DNA from: Adineta vaga
Taxonomy: Eukaryota > Animalia > Rotifera
Reading direction: 5' to 3'
Assembly (NCBI GenBank): GCA_021613535.1
Contig: CP075497.1
Span: 5,642,001-5,706,000, forward strand
Length of the DNA stretch: 64,000 bases
The notes below the pieces were generated by a model. That model saw nothing but the letters and a program-made list of their open reading frames with translations, was not told the DNA's origin and did no database searches. The position numbers and the translations under genes are program-made. Of this stretch, positions 55,301 through 64,000 are shown one piece after another. Every line of letters begins with the position of its first letter. Position 1 is the first letter of the stretch.

Positions 55301-58300
55301 TTTTTAATTTCCACCGGTTGTGATGTTGAGATTTCTGGATTTTTCGAAAAATTTTGTATTTGAGGTGATGAGACAGAATATATCAATGATGAAGTAAGTG
55401 TAAATGCCTGATACGTTGATGATGTGTTGGTACAGACTGGAAATGAAAATAATAAATTTTCATTTGATATACTATAGTCAATTCAAGAAATCAAACCTTC
55501 CGGAGTTGTTGTTGTTGTTGAGGGTGTGAGTGTTGTTGTATAATTACAAAGATTGTCATCTTCATCCGTTTTATCCATACAATCAGCATAATTATCACAA
55601 ACACGTGAATTATTGACACATTTACCAAGTGGATTACTCTGAGTAATATCACAGATAAATTGTGTGCATGGAGGTAGAGTACCTTGTTAAAAAGAAATAA
55701 AGAAAAATTATGCATGAAAAATATTGAAATATCATACTTTGGATCTGACATCTAGGATAATTTGGAAACAATTGTGGATTTTCATCAGAACCATCATCAC
55801 AATCTTTTTCACCATCACAAAGTTCTTCTTCGGGAATACAATGGTAGACATTTGATACCAAACATAGCTTAGTCGTACAGACTGATGTAGTAGTTCCTGG
55901 ACTTGTTGATGCTAAAAGTATCAATGAAAATGTTTTAATTAGATACTTATCCTATTCATACATACTTGAGAGAATGGTTGTTGATGTTGCACTTGTCGTT
56001 GGAAAAGGTGTTGTTGATGTTGCACTTGTCGTTGGAAAAAGTGTTGTTGATGTTGCACTTGTCGTTGGAAAAGGTGTTGTTGATTTATCTTTGCAAAAAA
56101 AGATGATATATCGATTATAAAAAAATAGAATAAAGAAACACAGATGACTTACTGCAGTTTGGATGTGTTTCATCATCATTTTTCGGACAATTCGGTACTC
56201 CATCACATAATTTTGTCATATTAATACAGCCTCCTCCATTACATGTATATTCATTTATATTACAAAGACAATTCTTTTCATCTGAACCATCTCTACATTG
56301 TTCTATACCGTCACAAACGTTAGCCACAGGAATGCAGTCACATATGGTTGTACATGCAAATTTATTATCTGTGCACATACAAGTACAATTTTTTTCATCA
56401 CTACCATCACCACAATCATCGTGAGTGTCACAACGTTGTTCTATAGGTAAACATTTACTCATTGGATTATCATTACAACGGAACGCACGACCACTTTCCG
56501 TATCACATTCTGTATGATTACACTGATGTTCATCAGAATTGTCAAAGACACCTTTTTGCGTACAATCAACATGACCATCACATACCCAAGATCGGTCTAT
56601 GCATTTGCCATTGTCACATCGAAAACCATAACATGGATAAGTTTCATTACAGTTGAATTCATCACTTCCATCACGACAATTCGGTAAATTATCACAACGT
56701 TTCGTAGAATTAACACATTGACCATTATCACAAATAAAATCATTAGGTGTACATCCTATAAAACAATGATAATGATTATTTTTTTCAAGACAAAAGAGCC
56801 AATAATAAAGATACGTACCACAATTGAATTCATCGGATTCATCATCACAATCACTTATTTTATCACAAACATGTGATAGAGGAATACATACACCCGTTGA
56901 ATTACATGTAAATTCATTTCGAGAACATTTTGGTACACAATTGGGTAATGGAACACAAAGGAATGTACCATTCGTACATGTACTAGATTCAAAAATAAAG
57001 ATGACTAGAGTCGAAAGAAAATTTGTTAAATTTACCATTGATCACAGTTACGAATAAGTTTTGTTCCAACTGAATAAGGTATATTGTTATCAATACATGG
57101 GCATGCATCTGGTTCAACACATGTACCCGTTTCATCCATAACTTGACCTTCTGGACAAAAACAACCTTCATGACAACCTGAGTCTACACAACTATAATCA
57201 TCTTTTAGATAAATATCTCGACACGTAGATTGACAGATAGCTCCGCAAGCCATATAAATTTTTCCATATTCACATTGCATTGCTACATGTTAAACATAGC
57301 TATTTTGAATTGAAAATTCTTTTGCAAAAAAAGAAAACTTACGGCATCTATCCTGTGTACGCCATTTCACTGGTACTTCGATAGATTGACATTTCTCACC
57401 AAATGTTGAAAGTGATGTACATAAACACTCGCAATCACCACCAGTATCACAACTAGAAAGAAAAATGACATTAGAATGTTCATTATAAATGACAAGACTA
57501 TTTCATACTGGCAAGCATCATAAAGACAATTACGATAATAATCTTGTACAACAGTTGCATCAAGTTTTTCAATACATGGTAAAAATGGATTGGTTTCTGA
57601 TCTATCAATAATCTAGTAATAACATAAAATATTATATAATTATTTTGAAAACTTTCATAGATATGTCAAAGATGACAACTTACCAAAGAACATTCTTTTG
57701 TTGCCCAATTTCTACGTGCTTCAAAGCCAGCACATGGTGCAGAAGGATCTACAACCGGTGATGGTCCAGTTACACATGTTTGTTCAACTTTCCATGATTC
57801 AGCCATATCAGTAATCGTACCTGGAACACCGCTGGCAGTACTAAAAGATATTTTACAGATGTTAATCTATTTTTTTCGAAATGAAGAATGAATTTTTTAC
57901 TTAAGATCATCAGTTGGATCATTATCTGAATCACCACAGAGACCAGCAGTTTGTCCTTTCATATTATAAGGAATAGTGACGTAGATACGTGTTTTTTCAT
58001 CCCATTTGACAATTATATCCGAGCAATTGACAAAAACGAATAAACCTGATTTCATCAATGATACATCACCAAAAACACGATGTCCTAAATCTAGATCTTT
58101 GACTTCCACATCACCGACAATAGGATCTCGACCACGCGTCAAGGAAACTGTTAAACCTTTACATTTGATGAAGATATTTTTCGCACATGTGACACCTGAT
58201 GTACCACATTGTACATTTTCAGTAATTACACGAAATGATAGATCTTTCGTTTGTGTTAAGACATATTTGCAATTGCCTTGATATGAATAATAATTACCAT

Positions 58301-61300
58301 CATATGTTACATAATGTGGATCACCAGATGCCGAACATGTTGCACTACATTTCTGTTCAGTACATATCCATGAACCAGCAGAACATTTACAATCTTTACA
58401 ACCTGATTTAACCGATTGTTCCGGACCATATGAACGGCCAGCATATCGACATGGACAAGCTTTCACATCCACACAAGTTTTTAACTAATGAAGAATTGAT
58501 AGAAAAAATAAACAATATACTTTTCTTTTTTCCTATTCTATATATTTAACTTACATCTTGACTCAGAACTTTCCCATTAGGACATGTACATCCTTCATAG
58601 GTAAGTCCACAATCTCGCCATGTTTTCATATTATCACATGTTTTCACACATGCTGTAGCATTGTATGAATAAACTTGTGTTTCTGGACAAGTTGTTGCTG
58701 CTTCACATGATTGAGAACCACAATTCCATTTTCCATTCGTACATGTACTAAACGAATATTTCAATAAATCATAATAGAAAAAGAAACAATTCTTTCTTAC
58801 CAATTTCCACATGATCTTGCGACTGTTTGGCCTGCTTTAATATAAGTATTTGTTTCAAAATCATAACACGCACAACCACTTTGTGGGACACATTGTGGTT
58901 TGTCTGATACTGAGACATCGAGGTAGGATTGACTTGGACATGAACAACCAGCCATACATTCTCGTTCATAACATGATTGATTAACTACTGAAATGTCATG
59001 ACATGTTTGAGAGCATTTTGGTGCACAATCACTATATGCAGCTCCACCACTACATTGTCCGTATTGTGCATCTTGACATTTAAGTTTAAGATTAGCATCA
59101 CTCATCCAATTAATTGTTATATTCGCTAAACGACATTCACGTGCATATGCAGCAGCAGCTGCGCAAACAAATGTATTTTGAAAATGTGAATTCTTATCAG
59201 AACATAAATCATATTGGCAACTTTGAAAAAATGGAGATGGATCAATTTTTGATGCGCATGCTTGAAATAAAGATGATTTCAAAATTGAACAAGTACTCAT
59301 GGCTCCTGATTGAAGCTAAAATCAAAGAAATACAATTGAATTTTCATATGTGGAAGAATTATTTCATCAGTTCTATACATTGCCGTTAATTGTACATGGA
59401 TCATCTTGATTTGGTGTTGTACATACTGTACTTGTTTTATATTCATCGATGAATGATTGAGTATTTGTATCGACAATTTGTGTACGTATTGAGAAATCAT
59501 TATCACGATTGAAATCAAATGTGCCACATAAACCACGTGTATTATTCACATGTGTAGGATCTAAACGAATATAAACTCGAATACCATCGAATTGAATTTG
59601 AGCACCACGACCTAAACATAAAATCAAATCAATTTTTTAGTTTCATAAAAAAGGACTATATGAGTAAAAATTGCATACAAGTAATCGTATGAAACACCGT
59701 TGTTTCACGTGTCACAGTGACTTCAACATTTTTATATGGTAAAATTGCTCGAATTTCACCATTAATTTGAACATTTTTATCTTTAATGTAAACATATGTT
59801 TGATTACATTTGACAGTTAAATCTTTATAATTTGATGTCGATGTATAAGAATTTGTCATTGCTACATATAGACCAATTGATGGATTGATTTCCTATAGAA
59901 AGATAAAAGAAGACGAATGCTTTTCGTTTAGATCTTCTCTGAACAATGTATAAAAACAAATGATCTTTTACTTCAACTAGAATATATTCACAATTGCCTC
60001 GAACAGAATAGAACTTTCCATCAAATGTTTGAATATGATTTGTTCCAAGTACTGAGCATGTTCTTGAACAATATTTCTTCGTACAAGACCAAGTACCAGT
60101 AACGCATTTACTGTTGAATAAAAAAATAAAATAATCATCAGATTTTCGAAAACAATTATTTTCTTATCAATTCATACCATTCATTACAATCAACTTTAAT
60201 TGAAGCTCCTGCTAGATAATATTTTCCTTCTGCACGACAAGTACATTGTTCAACTTTTGTACATGTTCCATTACGACCAATATCGATGACTGAGCCACTT
60301 GGACATACACAACCTGGTGAACAATCTTTTTTACAATCGACAGAATCTGTAAATTGTTGTCGATAATTTTGACATGTCGATGGACATGATGTTGCACATT
60401 CTGTATAGATTTTTGCATTTTCACAAGATTTTGGACAACGATCAGTTGTTCGCCAATCAATATGCATATAATTATCCTCACAATCACGTCCTACTGCTTC
60501 GAATGAAGAACAAACTGCTTGCTCTTGAGCATTTATACCGTACTTAGCAGCGACACAATGATCACGTTTACATGTTTCATATATTGGTGTAGTATTCAAA
60601 ACACGGTTGCATATTTTAAATGAATCATATGGACTAATAATTGGTCTACAAGCGACTTCAGCAGCATCAATTAAATCTGCAGTACATGGATCTGTAGGTA
60701 CCGGACTTGTAGGACACTAAATCAAGTTAATAGTAACGAAATGTATGATAATTTCATAGTACTTACACCACTATCAGTACGCCATTCATTAGCAAAATGT
60801 GTTGCTGATGCACTGAGTGAACCGTCGGGTAATTGAAGATCATCTGCAAGATTTTTATCAATATAAAATCTAAGAAATCAAATAAAACAAATATTTTCTT
60901 ACCATCACGATTGTTTGTATATGTTCCGCAAAGACCAGTGACTTGTTTCATATAGGTTTGTTCAATTGTAACAGCAACTGTCATACCATCATCCCATTTG
61001 AGACGAACACCATCCGAATAACGTAAATAGGTATAATCTCCAGAACGACGTTCAATTGTCAATGCTAAAAGGAAACAAATATTTCTTTTTCTATTTGATT
61101 TTTGTTATTTTCTCTCTAACACTTACGTCCATCAACATATCCTTGATTATCATTGAGTGCAACATTATTCACGATAACTTTTCTTCCTGTTGCAGTGATA
61201 ATATATCCACCAAATGAAATACTTAGCGACTTTTTACATGTTGTCCATTGATCACAATTGACATTTTGAACAACAACTGTCCAACTACTTGTACCGGATA

Positions 61301-62348
61301 ATTTATATTGACATCTATATAAATATATTTATAAATGTAAAATAGATTATTTCATTTAAATAAATCAATCATTGAATTATGTGACACTTACGATCCTTGG
61401 AAATTATACGTAAATCCATCGAATGTTCGAAAATGATCACGACCCCATAGAAGACATGTAGCATAGGTGAGTGTGCGCTTAATTTGTGCAGTAGCATTCG
61501 CAATTTCTTCATTGGTAGCATTACATAATGAGCACGTACCATCTGTAGATCCTATTGCAACACCAGCTAGATTTTCACAACAATAACTAGCAGTGACTGT
61601 TCCATTGCTAATACGTGATGGAACATTACAACTAGATGTTCGATAACATAGAACAAGACGTGGATCATCTGTTAACAGCACATTCATTTTTGTATACAGA
61701 AAAGAAATATGAAATCAAACTTACTTTGCTGATATTGACAACCTTCACCAGCATAGTCATTATTGCAAAAGCATTGATCAGGTTTGATACATTGTCCATT
61801 TTTACAAGGAATTGTACAAATAGCTACATTACAGGATTCACCTGTCCATCCTGCACAACAAGCATCTTTTGATACTTGACTAAAATAAAAAGTATTTGAT
61901 TTTCGTAAAAGTTCCATGATTACAGAACATAATTTACCGTTGATATGGACATGAAGCATTTGCTGCTGATTGACTTTTGATATAACGTATAACTTCATCA
62001 GCATCTTTTAAACCTTGTACAGTTCGAAGAGTCTATAAATATTTTTACTTCGACAAATTTTCTGTTTTCACGCAAAAAGAAACTTACATTGAAATCAATT
62101 CGCCAGATACCAGCTGGTTTTTCATACTCAGCCATAATATTGAATGTTGATCCATCTGGACATGTATTATTCTTCGTTTCTGTAACTGTTGTTGTACATA
62201 TATTTGTTCCGCTTATTTGAGCAGTAACACTAGAAGATGAATGACCAAATTATAAAATGAATTTCCTATGAGATTATTCAACTTACAGAAAATTCGCAAG
62301 ATGAATTGAGAAGAGAAGAGCACTGAGCAACGACGAGTAAGAAAACAT
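12984..62348 (-). CDS. Giant secreted SCO-spondin/gel-forming-mucin-like modular protein (single multi-exon gene, very roughly 10,000 aa)
   Basis: ATG at 62348 with signal peptide MFSYSSLLSALLFSIHLANFLVTA; continuous chain of minus-strand exons with compatible splice phases where checked; no internal signal peptide seen; ends in a cystine knot with TAA at 12984-12986 and AATAAA at 12943-12948. One frameshift at ~47128. Confidence 0.8.
13350..15760 (-). other. TSP1 repeats with TIL/VWC-like Cys-rich modules (giant gene C-terminal region)
   Basis: Several WxxWxxCSxxC...RxRxC motifs (WCQWSSCSEKCGTGQQKRTR, WSNWSNCSKSCDSGVQQRNRSC, WSQWGPFTDCSDTC, WADWTPCSQTC) plus a TIL-like CANDCDRTC...GCICP. 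Confidence 0.9.
16960..23240 (-). repeat. Coding minisatellite: ~210 x 30 nt encoding TPYTGA(S/T)TP(G/S/A), inside a 7080-nt exon (16800-23879)
   Basis: Directly visible 30-nt period with synonymous variation; occasional 39-nt variants (TPSTPG, TSGAPA). Copy number estimated as length/30. Confidence 0.97.
32374..33132. mobile_element. Degenerate TIR (MITE/foldback-like) insertion in an intron
   Basis: Left end tgatggaaaatgaccgaaagggaaaatg...aaaaggaaaaatgtggaaagaaaaaag is an imperfect inverted copy of the right end ctttttcatttctacatttttcttttcg...catttcccgtttcatcattttccatc; segment absent from paralogous short introns. Confidence 0.6.
35457..35661 (+). mobile_element. Solo LTR (205 bp) with 5-bp target site duplication
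   Basis: Begins TGTAACGATAA, ends TTGTCGTTACA (10/11 inverted match, TG...CA); flanked both sides by GTATA (35452-35456, 35662-35666); internal TATATAAA and AATAAA in the expected order. Confidence 0.85.
37967..38764. mobile_element. Probable old TA-targeting DNA transposon remnant
   Basis: Interrupts the paralogous intron motif tgtata|aNtgagtg at a TA; ends gagtgattt.../...aaattactg are weak inverted repeats; no transposase ORF. Confidence 0.4.
41633..42576. mobile_element. Probable TA-flanked degenerate TIR element containing an internal ~165-bp foldback
   Basis: Splits the motif cagtgat|agtagaa seen intact near 48812; TA on both sides; ends tactgtatgaaag...accaaacagaaaagattt and aaatcgtcttttggtt...ctttttaaagtg are imperfect inverted repeats. 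Confidence 0.45.
49929..50879 (-). other. Choice-of-anchor A / ice-binding-like adhesin domain exon (second copy, 951 nt, phase 1-1)
   Basis: YNVVTRADFSSTSDVNSRTLICGNL, FAIFNV, ILINVYG, LWNFPEAITI, GAVLAPYASL...NIDGAVAVNSI...GEIH: recognised from memory as the bacterial choice-of-anchor A pattern; not search-confirmed. Confidence 0.78.
51209..52150 (-). other. Choice-of-anchor A / ice-binding-like adhesin domain exon (first copy, 942 nt, phase 1-1)
   Basis: YNVITRESL...RTIVCGSL, FAIFNV, VINVY, VWNFHNAQQI, GAILAPSASI...IDGTVAVKSL; clear paralogue of the 49929-50879 exon. Confidence 0.75.
52600..55440 (-). other. Four divergent discoidin (F5/8 type C)-like domains separated by Ser/Thr micro-exons
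   Basis: CNDKMGLQNQLIPTSDISVSS...FWSA...AQLELLGC is a recognisable FA58C; neighbours share the Cys...hydrophobic-x-GC/AC bracket (ITALEITGC, IRLAVYIC, VTLSIMAC). Confidence 0.65.
55500..56935 (-). other. Eight LDL-receptor class A repeats
   Basis: C..F.C..G.C.....CD...DC.D.SDE..C repeats: six in 56155-56935, two more at 55745-55880 and 55545-55670. Confidence 0.92.
55975..56082 (-). repeat. 3 x 33-nt coding repeat (STT(P/L)FPTTSAT) between LDLa clusters
   Basis: gttgttgatgttgcacttgtcgttggaaaa(g/a)gt repeated three times. Confidence 0.9.
57035..61465 (-). other. Three VWD-C8-TIL assemblies (D1-D2-D'-D3-like)
   Basis: CLLWGRDHFRTFDG, CSVLGTNHIQTFDG, CSASGDPHYVTYDG; GLCG motifs; C8 (CQYDLC...CAAAAAYAREC; CLYDAC..DTGGDCECLC) and TIL modules. 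Confidence 0.93.
61500..62348 (-). other. Signal peptide, EMI-like, EGF and TB-like N-terminal modules
   Basis: CCAGWTGESCNVAICTIPCKNGQCIKPDQCFCNNDYAGEGCQY, followed by CYRTSSC...TASYCC...GVAIG...CSLC. Confidence 0.65.
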
Positions 62349-63447
62349 TTTACTGTCGTGTCAAAGCAAAAAGACGTTTATTTTTTGTGAAAAACTACGC
62401 CGATTTCTTTCTGTTTTTACATAGCTATTTATATGAACAATTTTTTGAATATTTCAATAAATTTTCTCGCTTATAACAATAACAAACAACAGCTTGCTTA
62501 TTTTCATATCAATATCTTCATTGACTAACAGATTTTTTCAAGCAAAAAATGAAAGAAATTTCCATTTATTCTAGAAGATAAACAATTCATATTATTTTGC
62601 GTCGATCGATTTCAATAATGAACATCTGACGTTATTATCTTCTGTAGAATAATTTGTTTTTTAATATTCATATGTAAATTCCCATCTGTCGATATTTTGG
62701 ATTTTGAACTTTTATCAGCAATAATTCAAGAACATTTTCAAGAATTTATTTTTTATTGGAATACAAAACAGAACCGTTGATAAATTTTCTTTAAATCTTT
62801 TATCTTTGAGGAAAGTTTTTACTTTATTTTTTACAAACTAAAGTTCGGAATCTGATTCTTCATTTTTTTTCTTCTCTTCTTTCAATATGCGACCAATCAA
62901 TGCATATATTAATTTTTGAGTAGGAGGATTTAAATACCATACATATGTACATGCACTTTCGAGAAAAGGATCATTCAAACATATCTATGATATAATATTC
63001 ATTAAAGTTGATAAATGACTTGTTTTATTTATTATATTACAAAAGAAATCTAATTGAATTCCTGAGATACAATCATTCTCGCATAATATAACTATTTAAG
63101 AATGTTAGAGTACGTCTATGTTTGGTTCGATATCAATGATAAATATGACGAGTAGATTATGATACCATAATAGCAGGCGTATCTATTTTTGTGTCATTCT
63201 TAAAAATTTACAAAAAAAATGATCACGTAGTTATCAATATATTCTGAAACTGTAGAAAATGTGTTCGAAAGAAAGGAAATAAGAAGAATGATTATGAAAG
63301 GAAGAAAAATGCTTTAAATTGGTCACAGCTGTTAGATAAATTACATCTAGAGATAGAACAAAACATTGGTTTTTTCTTCTTCTTGTATTTTAATACTTGT
63401 TGTGTCTTTTTTCATATTTGTTACAGTGCCAAGTAACCAAATCGATT

Positions 63448-64000
63448 ATGATGAGCTCAAATTCAGAATTAAAACATGAAACATCACCTTTCTATGTTAA
63501 TCGAGAACAAATGTTCGATACAGATAATGTGCGTTTGAGACATAATAAAGTAATTACTTTTATCATTTTGATTATGAATCCATTTTTATTTGATGTGTTT
63601 TTTTTCGTCTAGCCAACTATTCCTACAAATGCAGCTCATTTTGTTCTTCCAACTGGTGATTATCGTTCGAATGAAATGGATCATCATCCACAACTTCCTT
63701 CATCTTATACACATAATAAAACACAAATTTTTTGCATAATATTTACTATGCTAGTTTATTTATTTTATACGCTACGAACTTTTATTCCTGATAATATACA
63801 AACATTTTCTAGTAATCATAAATTAACTAAAAAATAACGTTTTGACATTTTTTCTTTAACAGATTTTTGGTCTAGCATAAAACCAATACCAATTACTCGA
63901 AGTTACACATCAGATTTACGACCAAATCTCATATTCGAACAATATCTTCTTCATTCAGCTGAAATCTTTCAAGTAATTTTCATTGATTGATTGATTTATA
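63448..64000 (+). CDS. 5' part of an uncharacterised protein with one predicted TM segment, runs off the right edge
   Basis: Exons 63448-63549, ~63612-63811, ~63863-63972 join in frame: MMSSNSELKHETSPFY...RHNK|PTIPTNAAHFVLPTGDY...QIFCIIFTMLVYLFYTL...|FWSSIKPIPITRSYTSDLRPNLIFEQYLLHSAEIFQ. Confidence 0.65.

Overview
AT-rich, intron-containing eukaryotic (metazoan) DNA with compact ~50-65 nt GT-AG introns; the style suggests a bdelloid rotifer (inference, not checked). The left 12.5 kb is gene-dense: the 5' end of an unknown gene, an M13 neprilysin/ECE-like peptidase, DGAT1, tRNA-Thr(TGT), a two-exon RFamide neuropeptide precursor largely missed by the ORF track, and a DUF229-like protein. About 49 kb (62348->12984, minus strand) reads as ONE giant secreted gene of very roughly 10,000 aa on an SCO-spondin/gel-forming-mucin scaffold (signal peptide, EMI/EGF, 3x VWD-C8-TIL, 8x LDLa, discoidin-like domains, TSP1/TIL, C-terminal cystine knot). 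Three unusual blocks are inserted in it: (i) two intron-less choice-of-anchor-A/ice-binding-like adhesin domains of microbial type, (ii) 20 near-identical two-exon cassettes, all splice phase 1, each encoding a degenerate discoidin-like domain plus a Thr/Pro linker, and (iii) a 7-kb exon with ~210 copies of a Tyr-containing decapeptide. This is a candidate modular glue/biopolymer protein. The long introns of the cassette array hold a solo LTR and several degenerate TIR insertions. A further gene starts at the right edge.
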